From: an uncultured Candidatus Rokubacteria bacterium
GTDB lineage: Bacteria > Methylomirabilota > Methylomirabilia > Rokubacteriales > CSP1-6
NCBI GenBank assembly: GCA_963754315.1
Contig: CAVWFS010000009.1
Span: 97,168-161,167 of the forward strand
DNA length: 64,000 bases
Direction: 5' to 3'
Positions 1 through 10,167 of this stretch are shown here, piece by piece. Made by a program: the position numbers and the translations under genes. The notes under the pieces are model-generated. The model searched no databases. It saw only the letters and a program-made list of their open reading frames with translations, and was not told the origin of the DNA. The stretch's first letter is position 1; each line of letters starts with the position of its first letter.

Positions 1-305
1 GAGGGGCCTGTTTGATAGCGCAGCGCGAGATCAGCTACGCCGCCGCCGTGAAGCGGGCTATGGCGCCTGGTAGCGGAGCAGCAGCTCCATGTTGTGCGCC
101 GCCGCGTCCGCTCCGCCCACCCGCTGCCGGTCATGTGGCCAGTGAGGTCGTTCACGAGCTGGAGGACGAGGGCGACCGAGATATGGCTCCAGAATATGGC
201 CGCTCTGCCTGAAACGAGACCGGACCGGCCCTGGAACGCGACCAACTCGAACCTGACAGGGCGCGACAGAGCGGACAAAAGCACGGAACCGCGGGGGTCT
301 GACGA

Positions 306-322
306 CTGGCACGGGCATTGCC
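306..322 (+). promoter_or_regulatory. sigma54 (-24/-12) promoter
   Basis: CTGGCACGGGCATTGCC matches the TGGCAC-N5-TTGC consensus; GG (308-309) and GC (320-321) have canonical spacing; about 100 nt upstream of the small ORF at 424. Confidence 0.7.
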
Positions 323-423
323 GGACTTTCTGGTGGTGGCTAGCCCCCGAGACGACGCGGCTTGGGAGCGGGTTGGTCGGAGGTACTGGCGGCTATCGTA
401 GTGGACAGCGGAGGAGGATGAAC

Positions 424-630
424 GTGGCCAAGAGAGATCAGAAGCGATCGAAGCAGAGTAAGCCGAAGAAGGTGAGTGACCTGCCAGCGGGGCCCGAGGC
501 CAAGAACGTCAAAGGGGGCTCGCTGAACCTTGTGAGGACTGCTGGCGCGCCTGAGCACGGCGGCGGCTCGACGGCGTTCCCGACGGAGACCATAAAGATG
601 ACCTACGACTCGATCGAGTGGACGAACTAG
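424..630 (+). CDS. small peptide with basic leader ending in double glycine (..KKVSDLPAGPEAKNVKGG) and C-terminal core
   Basis: GGAGGAGG SD then GTG at 424 (ATG at 418 also in frame); Lys-rich N-terminus and a GG motif. Confidence 0.7.
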   Translation: MAKRDQKRSKQSKPKKVSDLPAGPEAKNVKGGSLNLVRTAGAPEHGGGSTAFPTETIKMTYDSIEWTN

Positions 631-938
631 AGCGAGGTAGCGTCGCTCGGAACGGAAGGACGGCGTGGCCACGAAGACATCGGATTGACGTCCCGAGACG
701 GACAGCTCGGTGACCTGGGGGCCAGCTGCCGCGCGCGGTCTGGAGAGCGGCGAAGGACCGGGTGGGGCAGGCGCGTGGTCAGCTCATCGTGGAGACTAAC
801 CGACGAACTCCAACGAGAAGATGGCCGACGCGATTCGTGGGTTGGCCCGTGAGAGGCACGCCATGGGATTGGAGATGCCGCCGCAGAGGAAGGGGAAGAG
901 ACGAAGCACGCTCCCTTACTCCCCTCTTTCAGCGGTTC

Positions 939-1520
939 TTATCGTGCTTTTCGGGCCCTGTCGGCAAGATAGGCGACGCAATTCATCAGGAACCGCAGGT
1001 TGTCGGGAACTTCGATCTGGCCGGCCGATGGCCAGTCGGCGCCCAGCATTTCCAGTGATGCCGAATGGCCGATGAGGATGACGTTCCCTTTGCCAACCGT
1101 GTACAGTACGGCAAAGGCGAGATCGGCGTTGTGATACTTCAGCGGACTGGAGTCCTTCCAACCCGCGGGAAGTGGAACGAGCACGGTGCTGGTCGTAATG
1201 TTCGGGCCACCGTCGATAACGAGCAGGACGGAATCCAGAGCCTGGACCAACCTGACATGATCGATGATCTGCCTGGGAGCCTTCCGACTTGGTCTCATCG
1301 TAAAGCCGCCGAGCGGGAGTGGCAGCGAAGACGTTGGTGAAGCCTAGCGCCGCTGCCAGTTGGATGTCGTTGATTGGCGAATACGGACCGGGTCCCTGGT
1401 CTGTAAAGTCGCTGTGATTGACGAACAGCAGGAGGCCCACCATATGGGCGAGTGGAGGGGCGCGGCCGGCAGCTGGGGTCCTGGAGGCCGTGTGGCCGGG
1501 AACGATGCGCGACGCCTTGA
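939..1520 (-). CDS. hypothetical protein, DUF4350/GATase-like fold, frameshifted
   Basis: Pieces in ORFs 916..1623 and 939..1298; C-terminus GKGNVILIGHS...DNLRFLMNCVAYL is typical of this fold; start uncertain. Confidence 0.4.
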
Positions 1521-1670
1521 CGCTGCCTTCGCGGATCGGACGCGGCGTCGGGGGGAAAAGGGGCCTGCGGCTGCTCACACTCCGGTCATTGATGGTCGTA
1601 TCGTGGGGGTAAGGTGGAGTCAAATGTTATTCGATCACTGGCGGGACATCTTCAGAGCGGAGGAATAACC

Positions 1671-2190
1671 ATGACGTACTTCTTCTTTGGCGCTGCACTC
1701 GCGATATTAGCATAGCCTCTCCGCTACCAGCGTCGCGGCTCAAGGCGCCGACGTGCAACGTGAGGGAGGCCGAAAGCTTGAGGTCGCCCAGAGGGGCCAA
1801 ATCAACGACGGTCCACTGGCGGGGTATAGCTTTTCGGGAACGTGTGCGTATACCGCCGAAGGTGGCGCGCTGGAAGTCGATGCCAAGTGCCAGCTCAGCG
1901 TAGCTGGACCCACTGGGCAGGTGTTGCGGTTCAGTGACACCGAGGCGCGCATCGTTGTCGTCGGGGGCGGCCAGATCGTGCAGCTGAGCTTGGGACCGAG
2001 GTTGCCTGCCAAGAAGGAAGCGCGCGTCCAGACCCTCTCCGCATTCACAGCGGTGATCATCTTCGAGGAATCGGTAAGGCTTGATCGGCAGTTCCCGGCA
2101 CTTCTAGCTGCCTCGATCAACGTCCTGGGGATTCCGGTCTCGACGAGCTCCCAGGATTGCTTGATTTACGACTTCGTTGGGCCGAATTAG
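1671..2190 (+). CDS. putative secreted hypothetical protein; signal peptide and mature part in different frames
   Basis: GGAGGA SD, ATG at 1671 with hydrophobic MTYFFFGAALAILA, then beta-rich ORF 1753..2190. Confidence 0.5.
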
Positions 2191-2315
2191 AGGTTAGAAG
2201 AGAGCTAAGTAGCCGCCGGCCGCTGAGCGGAGACGAGCTTGCCCACCCCGGGCCAGGCGGCATAGGGTAGGCGGAGCTTCGGCCGGCCGCGGCCTGAGGT
2301 GACGGGGGCTCCCGG

Positions 2316-2692
2316 ATGCAGTGTCCCAGGTGCCAGCACGAGAACCGCGAGGGCCGCCGCTTCTGCGCGAAGTGCGGAGCCGTGCTGGCGGCTGCCTGCT
2401 CATCATGCGGCTTCACCAACGAGCCAGGGCGACGAGTTTTGTGGAGGATGTGGCCGACGGCACGAATGACGCGGAGGGCTACTATCGCGAGGGCCTGGCC
2501 CTCGCCGGCGAGCTCGGCATGCGCCCCCTCGTTGCCCACTGCCATCTCGGCCTCGGCAAACTCTACTGGAGCATGGCAAGCGGCAGGAGGCACACGAGCA
2601 CCTCACCACCGCAACCACGATGTACCGCGAGCGGGACATGGGGTTCTATCTGGAGCAGGCGGAGACGGAGATGGCTTCATACAGGCCGATAG
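2316..2692 (+). pseudogene. remnant of zinc-ribbon/adenylate-guanylate cyclase/AAA/TPR protein with internal deletion
   Basis: N-terminal CPRC..CAKC..CSSC double zinc ribbon directly followed by C-terminal ALAGELGMRPLVAHCHLGLGKLY. Confidence 0.75.
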
Positions 2693-2704
2693 TAGGTCAG
2701 ACGG

Positions 2705-2905
2705 ATGGCCCGTGAACGGTCGCACGGCGAGGATCGACCGGAGAAAGCTACCTACAGGCCGGGAGACTATGGCCGAATGATTCGGTCAGACGGCACCGAG
2801 CAGTGGTGGGTGAGATCGCCGCAAGGAACATGGGTCGCTCTCCGGCATCAGCGGGTCATGCCGAACGATGACGGCAGCATCACGCTGCTGCTATTGGAGC
2901 GGTGA
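2705..2905 (+). CDS. small hypothetical protein
   Basis: 66 aa ORF with protein-like composition (YRPGDYGR..WWVRSPQGTW). Confidence 0.5.
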   Translation: MARERSHGEDRPEKATYRPGDYGRMIRSDGTEQWWVRSPQGTWVALRHQRVMPNDDGSITLLLLER

Positions 2906-2914
2906 ACTGGCTTA

Positions 2915-2990
2915 CACTGCTAAGGCCCTCGGGCTGACCATCCCGTGCTCAGGGATCATTCAGTGATGAATCGCCGAACCTTCACCTTGT
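2915..2990 (+). pseudogene. C-terminal scrap of an ABC substrate-binding protein followed by the start of another
   Basis: Encodes TAKALGLTIP (same motif as the end of 5340..6323), then TGATG MNRRTF. Confidence 0.55.
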
Positions 2991-3145
2991 CAGGTGCGAA
3001 GACGCGTCAGGGGCCCTTGAAACCCTTTTGGAACGCCTATCCGCTCATCGGCCTGGCGATCCGCTTCCGACAGTGAGCGAGCGGGGCACCGCGGGACCGT
3101 GATGCGTGGCGCCCAGGGGCCCGCTGGGCGCCGCGCGATCGACGG

Positions 3146-3529
3146 CTACTTCGCGTACTCGAACTTCGGCGCCCCCTTCAGCGCTTCCTTCGTCGCTCCA
3201 CGCAGGACGATCTTGCCCTTCTCCAGCTTGAACTTGCCCACCGGCACCGCGATCTCATGCTCTCCGATACCGAGGAATCCGCCGACGCCGACGATCGCGT
3301 ACGACAGAGCCTTGTCCGGCGTCACGATCAGATCGTTGATTTCGCCGACCTTGTCGCCGGCGTCGTTGTAGACGTCCTTCCCGAGGATCTGCTTCTTCGC
3401 ACTCCACCCCGTTGCGACCTTTCGCAGCTCAACCGTCGAGACGCTAACCCCGGCCGTCTGCGCGACCGAATCGGCCGCACCGGCGGCGATGACGAGACTC
3501 GCGAACACTCCCAGGACGATCTTTCTCAT
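3146..3529 (-). CDS. PRC-barrel domain protein with signal peptide
   Basis: SAKKQILGKDVYNDAGDKVGEINDLIV..YAIVGVGGFLGIGEHEIAVP; GGAGGAG SD. Confidence 0.9.
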   Translation of the reverse strand: MRKIVLGVFASLVIAAGAADSVAQTAGVSVSTVELRKVATGWSAKKQILGKDVYNDAGDKVGEINDLIVTPDKALSYAIVGVGGFLGIGEHEIAVPVGKFKLEKGKIVLRGATKEALKGAPKFEYAK

Positions 3530-4089
3530 GGTTCTCCTCCCCGTTTTGTCGATTCGAAGAATTGCTGCGCGGGCCCTCGAACGAAACACTACTCTCGTCG
3601 TCCGAGGCTGGGAAGTGGACCTTGGTCCAACCGCCTGAATCGGCATCACCGCTACCTCCGCCAGACCGCGTCGGCCCCAGCCGGTCCGCAAGGGATCACA
3701 ACCACGAACGCTCTCATGCCGGCGATGTCTCCCTCAGCAACCCGCACCCGGATGGAGCCCGCAAGGCGATCCGAAGGTCCGCCAAACGAGTCGGACGAGA
3801 TTATGGCGAAGGACACTGGCTGCGTGGCCTCTTGGGCCGCGAGCAAGCCGTCCTCCGGCAGCTGGTAAAGACTCTTTCCGCCCGCTAAGTCACCGAATTT
3901 CCTAGGCGGCGTCATCACGCCACGATCTGCGCGCAGCAAGGACAGATGGTTCAGCCCCAACCTCCACTGTTCTCGAATCCGAACACGATCGGTCATCGCG
4001 TGGCGCTAGCGTGCACGGCGTGAGCCGACGACTGACCCGGTACGACCATGGCGTCGAGGCCGGGCGGGCGGGTGTGGCGGTCGCGTTCC

Positions 4090-4320
4090 TTCACATCCAG
4101 CAACTGGCCGGGGCCGCTTTCCTCGTCCAACTCGCCCTCGGGGCGGTCTACGCGTGGAGTGTTTTCGTCACGCCGCTCCGAGACCAGATGGGCTGGTCGA
4201 GGACCGAGGCAACCCTGCCGTTCATCGTGACCATCGGGGTGTTGTGCCTCGGTACCTTTGTGGGCGGGCGCCTCCAGGACCGCGTTGGCCCGAGACCTGT
4301 CGCTCTGGCCGGCGGGACCA
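4090..4320 (+). pseudogene. N-terminal fragment of an OFA-family MFS transporter
   Basis: LVQLALGAVYAWSVF..GWS..GGRLQDRVGPRPVA, then similarity is lost. Confidence 0.7.
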
Positions 4321-4779
4321 TGAAACAGGCCTCAGAAGTGAGCGCGGGCAGGAGCGTGGCGATGGACCACATCGGCGTTGGGGTCCTCGGAGCCTCGTCA
4401 TCGATCGCATCCGGGCCGATCAGGAGCGCACGAAGGTGGTGGCTCGGTACGAGGAGCCGGTCTGGCAGGCATCCGGGAGGGAGATCGGATGCAGCTGCAG
4501 GAGCCGACCCGCTCGGAGCCTGGTTGACGGCTGAATGCGGCTTCGACGCTGCTCGACGGCTCGTTGGAGTGATCGAGGCCCAGGCCTCGGTGGCCGGCCG
4601 CGATCGATGACCGCAGGCTCCTGGTGAGGCGACCCTGAAGGTGGCCCTGTTCGAACTGGGGGTCCCGTGCGGAGTGAAGATGGTTGCCTGGCCGCAGCGG
4701 TTCGACTACGAGGGGCTCGTGGCCAAGGACGAGGGCAGCCTGCCAATCGACAACCGCTTGGCGATTAACCGCCCAGCCT

Positions 4780-4880
4780 CGCAGCACCGGCGACTCGTAG
4801 GGAAACGCGCTGGCAGAGACCGTGATCGGGCTGTTCAAGACCGAGGAGATCTATCGTGTTACGTGCGGAGCCCTGGGCCC
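4780..4880 (+). mobile_element. IS3-family transposase remnant
   Basis: GDS*GNALAETVIGLFKTEEIYR..PW resembles the IS3 DDE motif GDSYDNALAETINGLYKTE; in-frame stop. Confidence 0.7.
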
Positions 4881-4933
4881 TCAGCTACTATCGCTGGGAG
4901 CTCGATGTCATTCTCGGCGGGTAGGAGGCCCGG

Positions 4934-5260
4934 ATGAGGTGTCCCCGGTGCCAGCGCGAGGACGCCGCTGACGCCGCCTTCTGTGACGAATGTGGCGCCC
5001 GCCTCGAAGCTGTGTGTTCGGGGTGTCGGGAATCAAATCGTTCAGGCGCCCAAATTCTGCCGGAAGTGCGGCCACGGACTCTCGGCTGTCGTCCCAAGCA
5101 CTCCCTCGCGGTTCGGCACCCCGCAGGCGTACACCCCCAAACACTTGCCGAGAAGATCCTCACCTCCAAGGCCGCCCTGGAGGGCGAGCGCAAGCAGGTC
5201 ACGGTCCTCTTTGCCGATTTGAAGGGCTCGATGGAGCTGCTCGCCGACCGCGATCCATGA
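4934..5260 (+). pseudogene. truncated double zinc ribbon plus adenylate/guanylate cyclase N-terminus
   Basis: CPRC..CDEC..CSGC; EKILTSKAALEGERKQVTVLFADLKGSMELLADRDP then stop. Confidence 0.8.
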
Positions 5261-5339
5261 GAACGGCTTTCGGTTGTCAAACGTCCGGCGTTGTGATGCT
5301 CGGGTCGGCCGAGCCTATCAGCAACGCTGGGCCGTTCTG

Positions 5340-6323
5340 ATGACATCAGTGAAGAGGCGGGCGTTCGTTGTCGTCGCTCTTGTCCTCGCCCTCGTGCCGC
5401 GCGCGGCTGAGGCGCAGCACGCGGGGAAGGTCTGGCGGATTGGACTTCTGGTCCCCGGCGTGCCGCCCGGCTGCGGCAGCGATTCCCGTCCTGCCGTGCT
5501 GCTCGCGTTGCAGAACGGGCTTCGGGAGCTTGGGTACGTCGAGATGCGAAACTACGTCCTTGTCCCGCGCTGCGCCGTGCGCGAGGGCGACGAGATGGTG
5601 AATGCCGCGAGGGACCTGATCGGGCAGGGTGTCGATGTTGTCATGGTCGGCTCCAACGAGCTCGCCGAAGCCCTCAAGAAGGTGACCGCGACAGTCCCGG
5701 TCGTGTTCGTCGCGGTCGCCGATCCTGAAGAGGGCGGCCTGGTGGCGAGCCTGGCCCGGCCTGGCGGAAACATGACCGGCTTCAGCCACCTGACCGGCGA
5801 GCTGACGGGCAAGCGACTTCAGCTCCTCAAGGACGCCCTGCCCAGGCTCAGGAGAGTCGCCGCCCTCGTCACCGAGAAGCACCGCGCGATCGAGCGCGAA
5901 GGCGCTCGCCTGAGTCTGCAGATGCAGTTCTTCATCGCTCGGCGGCCGGATGAGATCGGCGCCGCCTTCGCGGCAGCACGTACCGCACGGCTGGAGGCAG
6001 TGCTCGTCCATCCGCATCCGATGTTCTGGCTGGAGCGCCGGCGTATCGCGCAGTTCGCATCGGAGTTCGGCCTGCCCGCGATTTACGAGAACGCGGACTT
6101 CGTGGAAGCGGGTGGCCTCATGGCGTACGGCGCGAGTCTTGCCGACATGTCGCGTCGTGCTGCGGGGTACATTGACCGGATCCTCAGGGGCGTCAAGCCG
6201 GCCGACCTCCCCGTCGAGCAGCCGACCAAGTTCGAGCTGGTGATCAATCTCAAGACCGCGAAGGCGCTTGGCCTCACGATCCCGTCGTCGCTCCTCCTAC
6301 GAGCGGATCAGGTGATCGACTGA
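5340..6323 (+). CDS. ABC transporter substrate-binding protein (ABC_sub_bind family)
   Basis: Signal peptide; GLVASLARPGGNMTG; KPADLPVEQPTKFELVINLKTAKALGLTIP. Confidence 0.92.
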   Translation: MTSVKRRAFVVVALVLALVPRAAEAQHAGKVWRIGLLVPGVPPGCGSDSRPAVLLALQNGLRELGYVEMRNYVLVPRCAVREGDEMVNAARDLIGQGVDVVMVGSNELAEALKKVTATVPVVFVAVADPEEGGLVASLARPGGNMTGFSHLTGELTGKRLQLLKDALPRLRRVAALVTEKHRAIEREGARLSLQMQFFIARRPDEIGAAFAAARTARLEAVLVHPHPMFWLERRRIAQFASEFGLPAIYENADFVEAGGLMAYGASLADMSRRAAGYIDRILRGVKPADLPVEQPTKFELVINLKTAKALGLTIPSSLLLRADQVID

Positions 6324-6451
6324 ATTCGAGCTGGCCGTCAAGACCCAGCCAGGACGGTGGAAAGGCTGGACGAGCGCCGGCTGGCGGGGACGAACTTCGA
6401 ACGGAACAAACCGGCCCACTGAGGATAATTCTGCCCGGTGGGTCACGAAGG

Positions 6452-7534
6452 TCAAACAGTGCCGTTGCCCGGAGCCACCTCTCGGGCGCGGCCGGCGGCC
6501 GCCATGCGTGTCTCGACGCCGAGCTTTCTGTGAACATGCTCCACGTGGTGACGGACCGTCGCCGGAGAGATCCCGAGGATGAGGGCAATCTCCGTGTTGC
6601 GCTTGCCCTCAGCGATCCACTTGAGCACTTCGGCCTCTCGCCGACTTAGGCCGAGAGTCTCCAGGGCTCCAGGCACTATCTCGGTCGTCGTCTCTGCGAA
6701 GATCAAGGTCACCCCGTCAGGGCTGGTTGCCAGCCGCACGTCGAGACGTGCACCTTGGCGCGCGATGACGAAGGGTTGGCAGCCGGGTGCGATACGCTCG
6801 GCCGCCCGCATTTCATTGATTACCCAATCGTCGAGAGCCTGAGGCAGACAGTTGGACGAGCCCCGGAGAGGACCGAAGTATGCGTCCAGCCATCGGCGGG
6901 CTCGCTTCGACATGACGCGAATCCGCCGCTCACGATCCAACAAGACGACACTGACGCCGGCGAGCTCGGCCCCCAGCTCGAGCGAGGAGACATCATGCTG
7001 CAGTTCGGTCAGCCGCGCGGCAGTGGACTGAGCCTGAACGAGGTGGGGCAGCAGGAGATCGAGCAGGGTCCTATCGCGGACGGAAAAGTTGCCCTTCGCC
7101 CGGTTCAGGACCAACCCGAAGAATCCCCGGCACGGCGACGGGAATACGACCCCGATCTGAAACTCGATGCCCATATGACGGTAGTAGTGCTTGTAGAGGT
7201 TGGAGCGTCGGAAGGCGTCGCGAGTCATCACATCGGTCGTTGAGAACCATCGTCGGGGACCGCGACGAACGGAGTGGCGCGCGAGGTAATGCTCGGGGAG
7301 GAATTGGGCGACGATGGCATCCGCAGCAGGATGGGCTGGCTTTCCATCACCCACGATGGTCGTGACGCGATTCGGTTTCCGTCGAGCGAGATGGTAGGAC
7401 GCCCGCTCGCCTGGGACAAGGCGGCGCACGCCCTGCACAGCACGGCTGGCGAAGGTGTCCGAGTCACTGGCAACGTAAAGATCCGCAATTACGGCGCTCA
7501 GGCTGTGTGCGTCGCGATGTGAGATCCGAGGCAT
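6452..7534 (-). CDS. LuxR-family transcriptional regulator with N-terminal GAF-like sensor
   Basis: C-terminal LSRREAEVLKWIAEGKRNTEIALILGISPATVRHHVEHVHRKLGV. Confidence 0.9.
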   Translation of the reverse strand: MPRISHRDAHSLSAVIADLYVASDSDTFASRAVQGVRRLVPGERASYHLARRKPNRVTTIVGDGKPAHPAADAIVAQFLPEHYLARHSVRRGPRRWFSTTDVMTRDAFRRSNLYKHYYRHMGIEFQIGVVFPSPCRGFFGLVLNRAKGNFSVRDRTLLDLLLPHLVQAQSTAARLTELQHDVSSLELGAELAGVSVVLLDRERRIRVMSKRARRWLDAYFGPLRGSSNCLPQALDDWVINEMRAAERIAPGCQPFVIARQGARLDVRLATSPDGVTLIFAETTTEIVPGALETLGLSRREAEVLKWIAEGKRNTEIALILGISPATVRHHVEHVHRKLGVETRMAAAGRAREVAPGNGTV

Positions 7535-8498
7535 GCGGAAGCGCTGCGAACTCCTCTCTATTCGGATCGGGCCGGTATCACGTAGCAGGGAGGGTGCCAA
7601 GCGATCCGATCATTGCGACACGGGGATCACAGCAATAAGAACGAGAAGGATCCTGAAGAGAGCCACCCAAAACCGGCCAGGCATGGACACGTGAGACCTA
7701 CCTGATGGCATAGCAAGTCGCGCAGCGCCTCGGGGATCTGGACCATCCCGGCGCATCCGAGAGCGCGTGGGTGTCGGAGAATTTTACATAGGCACTTCTG
7801 CCCATCGACACCAGGGATCGTTCCGACCACGCTGCCCCGGAGCCAGGGATTTACTGGCGGCACAATCTCGACGACTGGGAGGAACGATCTCATGAGGCTG
7901 GGCCATCACTCCGGTCCTCGGACGTTCTTCATCCGCTCGGACATGGCCGTCAGACGGGGCGTCCTGCCGCTCAGAAAGGCCGAGCGCGGATGACCACTGA
8001 CTCGATCTTTCGATGCCCGGACTATGTCGCCTTCTGGATCAGACTTGAGCGGCTTCGCCGCCATGTGGTCCGCCGGAGGATGGAGGAGGGCCCAATGCCT
8101 GAGACTGATATGGCGCTCGACCGATTGATCGTGCTGCAGCGTCGGGTTGAAAGGCGATTGGTGAACTGATGGCGCCATCAGCGCCCTACTCAGCCAACCC
8201 TTGACGCCCTGCCAGCCCCGAAACTTCCCGATAGATCCAGGTTTTGCGCTCCGTACAACCATAGGGGCTGGTCGCGTTCCAGGGCCAGTATGGTCCAGAC
8301 GGGCCCATTTCGGTACTGCGCGACGACTCCTTCGAGAGCGGCCGAGGCGAGCACTGAACCCCGTCAACGCAGTTTCTCTGGGATGGCTTCCTCGAGGGAC
8401 TACGCGATCATGGCTACGTGGGACGGGAACGGTTCCCACCGTGCTCGTCGGTGTCTTCGAACCCGTCAGAAGGTCACCGTGCCGATCCTAGCCGGCAC

Positions 8499-9665
8499 TC
8501 ACGTAAGTGTGAAACCGTGCTGCGCGTGACAGGTATCGCCGATGAGCTGCTGATACGTCATCGGCAGGAGTGCACGTGCCTGTGCGGCGTCGCGCCGCCT
8601 CAGATCGACAAGCAGCTCCCCAAGGATCCTGACCCCTTCCGCCCGTTGAGCCTGCTGGGCGGCCGTCAGCGCAATGACCTTCCGTTTGGTGGCGAAGGCG
8701 AGGCACTCCTCCGCATGGCCAAGAATCTTTAGCTGAGCGTCTAGCTCCTCCCACGCGTTCTGCGGTGAGCGGGGCAGCTGACCATAGAAGCGGCGGATGA
8801 GGTCAACGTCGGCGCCACCCATCCGCCATGCCATCAGCACCGTTTGCTCTTGGACCCGCTGACGCGCGTCCTTACCCCCGAACCCGTAGTGGATGGCGGA
8901 TAGCAGACCGTACAGCATGTGTGTTCCGCCACACGTAAAGCCGTGGACAGGAGCCCTGGCGACGAGCGGCCGCCCGCTACGCATGGCGGCGAGCAGGGGC
9001 GCGGAGGCGTTCTCCAGATCGCGCAGCGCACCATCGGCGAGATCATCGAGGTTCACGGAATGTCCCCAGGCGTTGGTCCATCGCTTCCGTACCAGCGGGG
9101 TGGTTCGACTGAATGCGATGAGACTCCACGGGATGATCTGGGGGTCCGTCATTTTTGACGGCTCGAATAGCAACCGTGCCCCCTCCACGAGATCGGAAAC
9201 GGTTCTCCGCTGCCCCCTGTGCGTAAAGGTGTGATCGAGGGGCACCCCGGCCTCTAGCATCGTCTTGAGGAAGCTGTTCGGATGGAATTCGTCCTCCTTC
9301 CGGAAGGCCAACATCGTGCGGCCGTTCTCGGTCACCGAGGTCACGTGTTCTTGGAGTAGGAAATCGACCGCTCTCTGTCCACTCTTGATCTTGAACGCGG
9401 CGCCCATGGCGCGTAGACCGTGCGCCACCAACCAGGGATCGGCTGGGGCAGTGGCGTTCGCGGCGATGATCGCTTTCGCGTCGGTCGAGGCGCGAGCGTA
9501 GGCGGTGCCCGAGGCGGCCGGCCCCGGCTGGGGGTTCCCCTCAAGCGCCAGGGCCGGCCGCTGCGCCAAGCTGGCCACCAGCAGGCCCGTGCCACCCGCC
9601 AGGACCTGCCGCCGTGTCAGCGGCGGATGGCAGGTCGAGCGGAAGAACGGATCTGTTACAGGCAC
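8499..9665 (-). CDS. Tat-exported hypothetical protein
   Basis: LTRRQVLAGG twin-arginine signal ending in ALA; 388 aa ORF. Confidence 0.75.
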   Translation of the reverse strand: MPVTDPFFRSTCHPPLTRRQVLAGGTGLLVASLAQRPALALEGNPQPGPAASGTAYARASTDAKAIIAANATAPADPWLVAHGLRAMGAAFKIKSGQRAVDFLLQEHVTSVTENGRTMLAFRKEDEFHPNSFLKTMLEAGVPLDHTFTHRGQRRTVSDLVEGARLLFEPSKMTDPQIIPWSLIAFSRTTPLVRKRWTNAWGHSVNLDDLADGALRDLENASAPLLAAMRSGRPLVARAPVHGFTCGGTHMLYGLLSAIHYGFGGKDARQRVQEQTVLMAWRMGGADVDLIRRFYGQLPRSPQNAWEELDAQLKILGHAEECLAFATKRKVIALTAAQQAQRAEGVRILGELLVDLRRRDAAQARALLPMTYQQLIGDTCHAQHGFTLT

Positions 9666-10167
9666 GCGCCGGTCTCAGCCGCCATGCGTTCGATGTTGAG
9701 CACGCAGATACCGAACCCCGCGTGCTGCGGCTGTTTCGAGGAGCTGATGATCTCGCAGTCGGCGAGATCTCCCGAGCACCAATCGGGCATCCTCGGTTGT
9801 TTCTGGAACGCGCTTCCATGCGAACCCGAGGCCGCGCGTGGCCCGCAGCCGCGCATCCGTCCCCAGATCGAAGCGATAGCCCGATAGCCCACCGGGGCCA
9901 GGATAGCCGATGTGCGCCTCATAGCAACGAGGGGCCGCGAGCGGTCCGAACCATGCGGGGCGTTGACCATCGTCGTGGCGCTCATGTCTACGGGCGCGGG
10001 GCCGGGGCTAGTCCCGAGCGTCGGAGCTGGACCCGGCAAGGGCAGCGGGTGCTCGAGCCGGCGCCTGACGGTATAGGCAGAGTCAGTTCCCCGGTCATTT
10101 CATCTCCGTCGATCATCGGCCACGAGCGCACCGGAGATCCATGGGCATGAAGCCGCATACCTCATTG

